DNA of 64,000 bases from Azolla caroliniana (lineage: Eukaryota; Plantae; Polypodiophyta): positions 4,464,001-4,528,000 of the forward strand of contig JBHGNT010000001.1 of NCBI GenBank assembly GCA_043228905.1, written 5' to 3'. The translations under genes and the position numbers were made by a program. The notes beneath the pieces are model-generated. The model was not told the origin of the DNA. It did not search any database and worked only from the letters and a program-made list of their open reading frames with translations. Shown here piece by piece: positions 54,401 through 64,000 of this stretch. How positions within the stretch are numbered: the stretch's first letter is position 1; each line of letters opens with the position of its first letter.

Positions 54401-55049
54401 GTAGCGTGTTCCAATGTGATGGGGTGTGACCTGACACAAATTTTGAATTTTTTAAGGAGATTTGGCTTATGGTGGGGTGTTTAACGGTTTGACACATCTT
54501 GATCAGGCACAATAAGTTTGTTTTTAAGCAGCAAAACATGCGGGGAGGTGATGTTAAATATCTTGTTTGAGCTTGTGGCTTGGTTGCGGGGTCTGTATGA
54601 TTCGATTCAGGGGGAATCGAAAGAAGCAGAAAGGGCCAGGTCAAAGTTCTTGCTGAAATGGAGTGGTTCTCCCATGATAGTCAAATCTTCGGCGAGGCCT
54701 AAGTGAAATTACCAGGCGCCTAGGTGGTTGTTTCCACCGATGGCTCCCAATATTGTACATGGATTGTAATTATGTATGTATAACTAAAGCAAAAGTGGGT
54801 TAGTATAGTCATGTTACCTGGATAATGTTGCTAGAAAATAGTTAGTTGGGAGATGTAGAGTCGGGGTAAAATGGGGTTTATTTCAGTTTTGTTGGAGTTA
54901 AGGGTCGGGTGAGTTTTTGCTGTTTTTATTTGATAGTTTTGGAGTTGTTCCTCCAAGTTGTATATGTTGATCCCATTGTGGATTTGAGTAAACTCTATTG
55001 TATTCTATTTGCTAACTAATGCGAAGTAGCGTTTTTTTTTGGAGAAAAG
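51441..55049 (+). mobile_element. 5'-truncated, degenerate L1-type LINE (RT and zf-RVT), interrupted by a solo LTR
   Basis: RT motifs WRPITLLNTIYK, QTGF..R.IIDN, DFEKAYDRVQW, RQGCPLAPY.Y, YGDDT, VAW..GGLG, and zf-RVT (KIKAWLWLLSHK..CGHALESISHCFWNC), broken by stops and frameshifts. Exact 12-bp TSD TCAAAGTATTCT at 51429-51440 and 55050-55061. Confidence 0.92.
52538..53087 (-). mobile_element. Solo LTR (~550 bp, probably Copia-type) nested in the LINE
   Basis: Begins TGTTAGG and ends CCCAATA (a mutated ..CAACA end). The 5-bp TSD is GTGGC/ATGGC. Removing the insert restores the LINE peptide STKVAWGCFIKVKNQGGLG. A minus-strand TATAAAA at about 52910 suggests the orientation. Confidence 0.8.
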
Positions 55050-55897
55050 TCAAAGTATTCTAAAATGGACTTAATACATAAAATATGTTGTTCTGATGTA
55101 TAATTTTCGGTTTGTCTAAGTCACATGCACGCAAACACACACACACACACGCGCGCGCGCCCATGCACATACTACATATACATAACGCACATGTATCTCA
55201 CTTAATCTGTTTCACCAAGTATATATACATGATCCTCGACAAAATTATATTATTTGGTTCTTTACTTTTGGATCGATGTTAGAATTTTGTAATGTACGCT
55301 AACCAATTGCACCAAGGATCCTTCGATCTCCAAGTCCCACAAACACAAATAATTACGAGACAATGATAGTTACTCTACTCGAGAGCGACCCATACATTTG
55401 CTTGTCATCTAGGAAGGAGGTCAATAGGAACTTGACCATAAAGCAAGGACTTGCTTACTATATGTGTAGTCCATAGTATGAACCATACGTACATTCGCAT
55501 TCGCATTCGTGAATGTTTCAATAATTCGGGCAAGAAAAACACCCTCAAAGAATGATAAATACCATACTTATGGTCGATGGATTACCTATTTATTATTATG
55601 AGGTAAATAAGCCTAAAAATGGAAAAAAAACAAAAAAAAAACATTAAAAGAATGGGGGAAAAAAAACACAAGAATGTTTGAATAATATTCGCATTCGTTT
55701 TCCAACGTAGGAAAACGAATGTTATACTAGATATTGTTATTCACACAAACTGCTGCTCATGGATCTTCTCAAGGCTCTCTACATGGTGAGCGGTTTTTGG
55801 TGGAAGACTCTCTACATGGTGAGAGGTTTTGGGTGAGAGGTTTTTGACATAGACAGAGACAGAGACAGAGAGACAGAGAAGACAGAAAGAGAATAGA

Positions 55898-58225
55898 ATG
55901 CTGCTTGCCCGAAGGCCATGGAGGGCGTTCCTCAGCAGCAGCCCCCCATCCCCATGCTTTCCACCATCACGTCAAGCAGAGGTCTCTGAGGTAACCTTTA
56001 TCTTCCCCCTCCGTATCATCTCTTCCTTTTCCCCTGCTTCCGAAATTTACACAGAGCAGCCTCTGTTCATGATCGACCCCAAAGCCCTCACCCACAGACT
56101 CGAGACATCTCTTCAAGAAAATGACACAGATCAGATATGGCGCTCGCTGCAGCGGCTTCAAAGAGCAGGGGTCGATTTGTCCGCACAAAACCCCCATCTC
56201 ATCACTCATTGTCTCTCCTTGTTCGCGTCCTCGGAGGATGAATTATGCCTTCTTCGAGCACATAAGGTGATATCTAGACTCAATAAAGAAGAAAGGATTG
56301 AGTGTGTTGACGGAAAGGTCCTTGCTTCTCTTTCCATGGCTTATGCTAAGATGGCCATGTTTGATTTATCTGCAAATGCATTTAGGCTAGTGTTGCAAAA
56401 GCATCACTACCCGTCATTGTCATTTTGGAAGTCTTTGCTTGAAATGTGGGCTCAGAATACTCGTGGTGCAATTTACACAATTAGGGTTTTTCTGGAAATT
56501 TGTCGGTATTGTAGTAATCATACTTCTAAATCATGTTTTTCAAAATCGAAGGAGGAGCAATCAGTTAAGCCCGAAAAGGTAGAGAAAATAGGTTACAAAA
56601 TGGGAAATATTTTACCTGGGAAAGAAGAGAAGGTTGTAAATAAAATGGGCCGTCTTCCATCAGTTAAGAGTGATTCTGAAGCACTAGTTGCTTCATGTGC
56701 ATATGATCCTACACTTAACAATTTGGAGAAAGTAGAGAAACTCATTGATGACCAAGTAGATCGTTTTTTATTGGTTAAGCCTGACACCGAGGCATTTGTT
56801 GTTGCTTTGAGAGCATGTGCCTCCCTTGATGATGCTGAAAAAGCTGAGGAAGTCATTGAGCAAATGCGCCACTTTTCTCTTTCACCCAATAATGCTTGTT
56901 TCTGTGCGTTAATGAAAGCCTATGAAAAGGGCGGCCGGGTTGATAATCTTTGCAAAGTGTTGGTTCGAATGAAGCAAGCACAGAAAGTTCCAGACCGAGC
57001 CACACTCAATTGCTTGCTCTCATCTTGCATTAACATCGGGCAGTTAGACATAGCTGCAGAGGTTGTCCTTTCATGGACAGGGAAAACCAAAGAATATGTT
57101 GATACTGTAAGACAGGATGACAATGGTAGAGGAAATACTCCAAAGAGAGAAGAAATTTGCAATGAGATACATGACTCTATCCGAGAATGGAAAGCATTTT
57201 TGGAGCCTCCATGTGCTGAGACATATACCCTTTTATTAAAGGGCTTCTTACTGAAGAACAAGGTTGTCAATGCTGCAAAGTTTGTTGCACAACTTTATCG
57301 AACTGGAAACTCCAAATATATTTCTTGTGGTTTGGCCATAGAGGGTTCCCTCAAACTTGGACTCAGAGATCAGATTAAGTGTATGTTAGAAGCAATGGCT
57401 ATTGAGAATACACCGGCCGATAGTATGTGCTATGGCATGCTTGTAAAGGCATATTGTAAGCTACCTCAGCCCGTGAAGGCTGAGGCTGTATTGCAAGATG
57501 CATGTCAGGTTGGGCATTTGCTTGATATTGGATCCTATGTTTCAATAATCGATGCATATAACCTCATACAAGATTATGATTCAACTCAACGCATTTTCAG
57601 GAAAATGAAATGCCGGGGTGTTACCCCTCTACAACCAATCTTGGATAAGCTTTTGGCATTTTTTGAAAAGCACGATCAGCCATACATGATGCTCAAACTA
57701 CTTAATACTTCTGCTCGTGACCCTCCCCTCAAGACGGAACGTCATCATTGGAATCGAACAATTCAAGTATTTTGTAAAGGAAAACATGTGTCTGATGCAA
57801 AGGCAATCGTGAAAACAATGAAGCAATTGGGGATTGATGTTGATGCTAATACCTATGTATTCTTGCTAAGTGGATATATTCTCATGGGCAATAAAACAAA
57901 TGAAATAGTCTTGCTTTGGGTGGAAATCAAAGACAAGCTTTCTCCCATTGATGGGGCCAGGCCAATGCAACTCACTGAGGAATTGCTCAATGGATTTCTT
58001 GCTATTTTCGTTAAATATGGTTACTTCAAGAATGCAATGGACGTTATCTCTAAATTGGAGGAGAGAAGTATGTGGGTTGACAAGGAGAAATATAAGGACA
58101 TGTATGGGAACTTACACAAGACATTATATACGAGTAAACATCGTTCACAACAAAGGGGTGGCATGTCACAAGAACGGAGAGCGCATGTTAATGCATTCAA
58201 GGCTTGGGTTGGGCTACCAATATGA
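55898..58225 (+). CDS. P-class pentatricopeptide repeat protein (775 aa, intronless), probably mitochondrial; resembles the At4g17616/At1g03100-type clade
   Basis: Uninterrupted ORF with PPR motifs (KPDTEAFVVALRACASLDDAEKAEEVIEQM, PNNACFCALMKAYEKGG, ADSMCYGMLVKAYCKLPQPVKAEAVL, HHWNRTIQVFCKGKHVSDAKAIVKTM). The N-terminus is Arg/Ser/Leu-rich. The C-terminal VDKEKYK..LHKTLY..HVNAFKAWVG recalls that clade from memory; no search was run. There is no E/DYW domain. Confidence 0.9.
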   Translation: MLLARRPWRAFLSSSPPSPCFPPSRQAEVSEVTFIFPLRIISSFSPASEIYTEQPLFMIDPKALTHRLETSLQENDTDQIWRSLQRLQRAGVDLSAQNPHLITHCLSLFASSEDELCLLRAHKVISRLNKEERIECVDGKVLASLSMAYAKMAMFDLSANAFRLVLQKHHYPSLSFWKSLLEMWAQNTRGAIYTIRVFLEICRYCSNHTSKSCFSKSKEEQSVKPEKVEKIGYKMGNILPGKEEKVVNKMGRLPSVKSDSEALVASCAYDPTLNNLEKVEKLIDDQVDRFLLVKPDTEAFVVALRACASLDDAEKAEEVIEQMRHFSLSPNNACFCALMKAYEKGGRVDNLCKVLVRMKQAQKVPDRATLNCLLSSCINIGQLDIAAEVVLSWTGKTKEYVDTVRQDDNGRGNTPKREEICNEIHDSIREWKAFLEPPCAETYTLLLKGFLLKNKVVNAAKFVAQLYRTGNSKYISCGLAIEGSLKLGLRDQIKCMLEAMAIENTPADSMCYGMLVKAYCKLPQPVKAEAVLQDACQVGHLLDIGSYVSIIDAYNLIQDYDSTQRIFRKMKCRGVTPLQPILDKLLAFFEKHDQPYMMLKLLNTSARDPPLKTERHHWNRTIQVFCKGKHVSDAKAIVKTMKQLGIDVDANTYVFLLSGYILMGNKTNEIVLLWVEIKDKLSPIDGARPMQLTEELLNGFLAIFVKYGYFKNAMDVISKLEERSMWVDKEKYKDMYGNLHKTLYTSKHRSQQRGGMSQERRAHVNAFKAWVGLPI

Positions 58226-59112
58226 GTTGCTTTGATATGCTATAAGCTGTGCTATTCATTTTTACAAGAACCATTTAAATGCAGTGCAACAATTTGTAAA
58301 TATCAACGTCTTTAATGGGATTGGAAATTTGACGAAGTAAAAACTTATATATGATCAAGGTACACCACACCCTAATCTAAACTTCTTTAAGGTAAACCCA
58401 TGAGCAAGGAACCCTAGCCTTGACAAGCTCGTAGGTTTACGCCTGTGCAGTTAGAGTATCTAGACTTTTCTAAACAGGTATTGTAAGTCATCAGAGCATT
58501 GTTAACCCCCATCAACTGAGCCAGAATACTTTTGAAAGTGTTCAAATTTGGAAGTAAATATTGTAAAGTATGTTACTAATGTTATTCAAAACAGACTTAT
58601 AACATATAACCATTCATTAGGGAACAATAAAAACTTGTCTTAATGTAAGTCTTTGTATAACAGATGAAAGATCAATTGCTTGATATCACTAGTGTATGCA
58701 ATGAAAGTAACAAACAACCACCCACCATCAATGGTGAAGCAAAATAAATTACTACATTCTCAATCTTCCATCTTCTTAATAGTTTTGGCAACATGCAGCC
58801 AAAGCATTTTCATTTGTTGTGTAAGCCCTTGCAGCCAACACCTTATATTTTTTGTATCCAAATTAAAAATGTTACAAAGAGCCTTTGCATTTTGGAAATT
58901 GCTCCAAATTGTGACATGGAAATGTATCTCAATATAAATACAGGGCCAAGTGCTTTTTCCACAGTATCATCCAGTTCTAACATCATATGTTTAAAAGACA
59001 GAACCGTCAAGAATGGTATGGTTACACTGACGAACTTCATAGGACCATCAACTCTGAAGCAAAGGCTAAATATACCCGAGTGAGTGAAAATTGCCAACAC
59101 GTAAGAGATAAA

Positions 59113-62100
59113 TCAGACGAGCTGTTCTCTAGGATGCCTCCAATCTTTTAATACACTTCTCTCAGACTGCAAACGTGTGTAGGAAGCCACAAATCGAGCC
59201 TGTAAATATATGAAAGGTGGGGTTAGGTCATCGTCCATTGTATGTAAATGCATTATGAAGACAGGTCAAATTAGGACACCACACCAGTGGTTTTCCTTAA
59301 TAGAATAGAGATGTAAACATACTGTTTGGAAGCCAGCCAAAGTCCACCAAAACCCAATAAGTCCAAAACCCATGTTCTTTAATGTCTACAAACAAAGGGT
59401 GTATTTGGTTACAACATGATTCAAACCTATACACAAAATGAGCTTTAAGTTCATTCATTCACTTACTATTAGCAATGCAGAACCAGCTATGAAGCAAGAT
59501 GCCATACTTACACTTAGAAATGCCAAGTCTCGACCTGCCTAAAAAACAACAATAGCACAATTAAGCATTAATTTAAGGTCAAGAAGAATGGTGAGGTTCC
59601 CTGCTACGCATCATAGTGTCACAGTTGCTATGCTTTAAGATTCAAGGCTAGCACCATTTTTTTAAAGCACATCTTTGAGTAAAAACGTCCTTATTATCAG
59701 AATCAAGAATAAGAAAATCATAAGTTTACCAGAAGTGTCCCCTCGAGAGCCAACAAAGGTGGCGTTATGACAAGAGCAAATATAAAGGGTACAGTGACTG
59801 CTCGCATCTGAAAGATATCAATTCACCATATCAACTATATGCTCTTGGAATTTAAAGACTGAAATCTTCAGGCATTTGTGCCAATGCACCTCTAAAACTT
59901 GCTAGTGTTAGATTAAACTTTGCAAACCTGACTAATGATTGCAATATCACTGGTGAAAACTTGAGGAAAAACCCAAGGGAAACAAATTGCAAAGCAGCCC
60001 AGAGTAACTCCACACACAGCACCAATCAAAAGAAGTGACTTCAGCAACATTTTTGCCTGCAAATCATTGGATAAAGTAGCATTACTTATCCAATTGGAAT
60101 CAGTACAAAACTATCAATAAGTATTTATCCATGTACATTTAACCTCACCTTTTCCATGTTGGGATTTACCCCTTGGATTAGCCCAGGCATGAAGGATTGA
60201 GCAGTTTGACATAATGGTTCCCCAGAAACAGTACACGTTGAATATATTCCAATCATTACCTGTAGCATAATTAATTTGAAGCACGAACTCTGAACAGATT
60301 CCATACTTAAAAACCGATTAGTGTAGAAGGTTATGATGGTGGAAAATGTACCTGATGAGCACCTAGAGTAACTGCTCCTAAGGACGTGGAAAGGAATGTT
60401 ATAAATGCATAGAAAGATACCTGCAGCATCAGAGTTTTTTCTGGGTTATGGAATATAGCAAGAATGTAAGACAATCAAACTGATGAAGGATGATTCACCT
60501 TTGAAAGCATTGTCAAAAGAACTGGAGCAGCTATTTCAATCATATGGAATAGCTCTTTTGCAGATGGAATACAAAGATTAAGACTGTATCCTTTTTTTGC
60601 AAGTGACTTGAGCATTAAAAAACCACCAATATACTGCAACTCAACATTGTTCAGCAATTCTTCATTGGAGTTGCTTGTGAAATAAATAGCGAGGAATCGG
60701 GATGTTTATTAATACCTGAGAAGCCATGGTTGCCCAGGCAGCACCAGCAATACCATATCCCAAAATGCTGCAAAGAACAATATCACCAAACAAATTCGCA
60801 AAGCTTGCCACAGCCAAAACTTTTAATGGATTCCACGAGTCCTGCATGCCAAGGCTGTTGGGATGTGGGTACATGTGCAATGGAGGACCATATATACATA
60901 CATACATACATACATATATATATACACACACACACACACATAAGTATTATACTCGAAGTATAGAACCATATAAGAATAACTGACAATCAGCTTTTCTTCA
61001 ACTTACTATAACCACATTCACAGATCAGATTATTTTTCAAACTAATGTTAAAAACTTTTGATGGTGCTTGTAATTTTGAATGATTCCTCGAGAGCTTGCA
61101 ATTTTATAGTTAACTAGACACCTAAGGTGCACCTAATTTTGGGAGGGACTAGAATCTTACTTACAATACTTTCTACACACTATTCATCAAATTGGGAGAA
61201 ACGGATTCAGAGGAGCACTCATAGGTCAGGTCATTTTCTCTTAATGAGGTGCGAAACTTGAACTCCAGACCACATTATTACTGGTCAACAATCCAAACCA
61301 CTGAACCAACCACCAGCTCTTCAAATTATTACGTTGCTTTAGCATAATATTTTAAAACAAAATATCGTCAATTTTGGTGAAACAGTCATAATATTTACAA
61401 TAGACTGGTAATATACCTTGCACTCTGCGCAACCATGCCAACTAGGACAGCAGGCCATGCCAAGCCCCTAATCTGTAAAAAATATCAATACATATTAAAA
61501 GACCCCATTTCTGTATTATGTAACTGAAATAAATATTTTTTCAGTTCTAATATCCAAACTTCAGCAATGCAGCAGTGTGAGGTAAAGTTGGAAACATAAA
61601 TTACAGTCTGGGGATTACAATTTCTCAATTTAACATGTTGGAGTCTATACTGAAGTAATCAAAATCTCTGGAAATGGATTTGTAGAGGGAGATGCTGCTC
61701 AGAAAATTCATGAGAAGAACATGTGGAAGAACTGAATACATCAACATTCTAGTGATTTGGCTGTTACATCTGCTATTCAACTACGGAGAAAAATTACTTG
61801 GCATGATGAGGGAAACATAAGCTACAAGGGAAATATGCTTCATTCCAACAAGCCAAGAGTCCAGCATAAATATTCAAAAGGACGTCATTTGTTTATTACA
61901 ATGTACTGGAAGTTAGACAAACTTTGTATGAAATTAATGATCTGACCTTCGGAGTCTTCTCTCTGGGACATTTGCTTACCTATTCAGAAATGCTTGCTCT
62001 TTGTATTCTCACTTTAAGCACTTATATCTCTATTTGGAAACCTACTTGCTTCAAAAAGCCAAAAGTCCATTTACCTAGCTATCAGAAAACTGGCATCCTT

Positions 62101-63364
62101 ATTTGTTTATTTTCTTTATAAACCAGAAACTAAAAGCTCTTTCAGATGGGAAGATTTGGGGTGCCATGTAGTCAAAATGCAACCTCGTCTCATCCTCTGT
62201 GTGGAGTCTGAACTATACTTGTATATCCACATAGTACACTAAGGCCAAAGATGTCCTGACAGCCATTAACTAATAAAATCTGATGCACTAAACCTTAAAC
62301 CTGGATAAACTAACTATTAGGAAGAAAAACACAAACAAATAAAGAGGTCATGCATCTTTCAATTTGAAATGTCAAGGGTCAGGTATGTCACCCAATGATA
62401 TCCAAGACATATATCTCCTCCTGTTTCAACAGGATCGATTACATACCTTGACATAGGCACAAGCTGATGGAGTTAACGCCACGTTTTCAGGTCCCACAAA
62501 CCCTGCACATGAATGGACCAAAATATTAGAGGGCTGTCAAGCTACATCAGATCCACAATCAAATTTGAAGGTTTCTTGCCCCACACTCCTTTCTATCAAG
62601 ACCACACTATCTAGATCAAGGCAATGAATTTCAAGTCATTTACTATTTTCTTCAGATAATCATTAAAAGCTACTTCAAGAAATGTTTCCTTGTTGATGGT
62701 CTATATATACCCTTTGGGCAGGCCAAAAAATAATATTTAAATTACCTTTTAGAAGAGGTTGGGCAAATGACAATGTAGAGACAAACATTATGGTTCCACA
62801 GGCCAAAGCAACAAAAAGGAGCTGAGACAAATGCCGAGCCGCTCTCTTCTCATCCTAAGAAAACAATGAAGAGTCATTATACCATCAATGAGATCCTAAG
62901 AGAGCACCATCTTAAAAGTCTACTGTGTCCAAAAGGAGCAACAAAGACCTTGGTTTTACTCCCTCCCCAGGGGAATTGTACAATAAGAACAGAGCAATTG
63001 CATTACTATGTAGGATGAAACCTGCAATATACAACTCTTAAGATATGCTAACGAAACAATGGAGCTTTTCAAAACTACTTATTTGCATCCGGTGTCATCA
63101 TCATGAGTTCAAAATTGTACAGCAAAAAGCTCAAAATTACTGCTGCAGGCATCAGCATCATGATTTCTAAGAATAAAGAAAAGTTAACCATGAATCATGC
63201 ATTATACTGTTGCAAACATAGCTAGGATACTATTTATTTTTATGAGCACAAAACTATCTTTAAGGATACCTTTTTAGCAAGGGAAGTAGCAATCAAATTA
63301 GAAGTTGCAACCGAAAGAAACATGAACACATAGCCCAACTGATCACAGAAGACTGTCCCTGGAC
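59113..63364 (-). CDS. MATE/DTX transporter of the DTX46/EDS5 (DinF-like) type; 5' part lies beyond the window
   Basis: Exons encode [31 protein letters not shown] (63364-63270), [104 protein letters not shown] and [10 protein letters not shown]. The last exon is 59199-59113 ([28 protein letters not shown]). Confidence 0.93.
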
Positions 63365-64000
63365 CTGTGAGGTTACACAATATAGACATACCCCAAAAAA
63401 GTCGAGAAGATCAGTAATAATTAAGATATAGCCAGAATATAAAAGATGCCTTCAACTGCCCAAAATGCAGATTAGAACCTAACATTATGAGTTCCCATAG
63501 GGAAGACAGAGCATACAGCGCCTAACCAACTTTCTCATGTGGGGAACAAGAGGGGAAACTTTTGCGACTGCAAAAACTTTATGTTCATTAATGTTGGTTA
63601 AACACCTCACAAACCTCCTGTTAAGTGGTGCAAATTTAAAGCTGTTTACATAACTACTTATGTGAATCCAAGCAAGTTAAAGTGCTGCTTTTTACATTGT
63701 TTCTTGTGAAATAATGCACGTTAATAGCAACGAAAAGATCATCTGAACTACTGCCAAGTTCAAAGCTGCTAAACCTTCTTATGCAGTAATGCCTAATTAA
63801 AATACATTTAAACTTCTTCTGAACTAATGCAAGGTAAAAGCTCGCACCAAACTTCTTCTGATGTAATGCAAGTTAAAAGACTACTCCAGAGATCAAGCTT
63901 CATATGAACCACGTTAAACGCTACTAAGATTGTATTGTGAAATATTTAAAGTGAGAGAGTTAAAATCCTTTTCCATAACTTCATATAAGTCAACGCAAGT

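Overview
AT-rich plant nuclear DNA with many short GT-AG introns. By inference from protein style and gene density it comes from a non-seed vascular plant such as a fern; the species cannot be confirmed from this window. Six protein-coding genes are supported: (1) cytosolic homomeric acetyl-CoA carboxylase (+, about 31 coding exons, 13388-23770); (2) intronless calmodulin-like protein with a Ser/Pro-rich N-terminal extension (+, 27970-28719); (3) sucrose synthase (-, 15 exons, 36461-31305); (4) MGCxxS-type calcineurin B-like Ca2+ sensor almost invisible in the ORF track (-, 8 exons, 44735-41809); (5) intronless P-class PPR protein (+, 55898-58225); (6) 5'-partial DTX46/EDS5-type MATE transporter (-, 63364-59113). 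Intergenic DNA holds two 5'-truncated L1-type LINEs with exact target-site duplications (TSDs), one interrupted by a solo LTR. It also holds a Mutator-type MITE with 127-bp terminal inverted repeats (TIRs) and a 9-bp TSD, further transposon debris, tandem duplications and microsatellites. The most striking unexplained signal is upstream of the sucrose synthase: three perfect and one near-perfect CCAAT-N9-CCACG elements (ERSE-I architecture) in about 260 bp, with different spacers but identical spacing. This suggests NF-Y/bZIP control of a sucrose synthase, through ER stress or ABA/maturation signalling. Exon coordinates were read by eye and may be off by a few bases.
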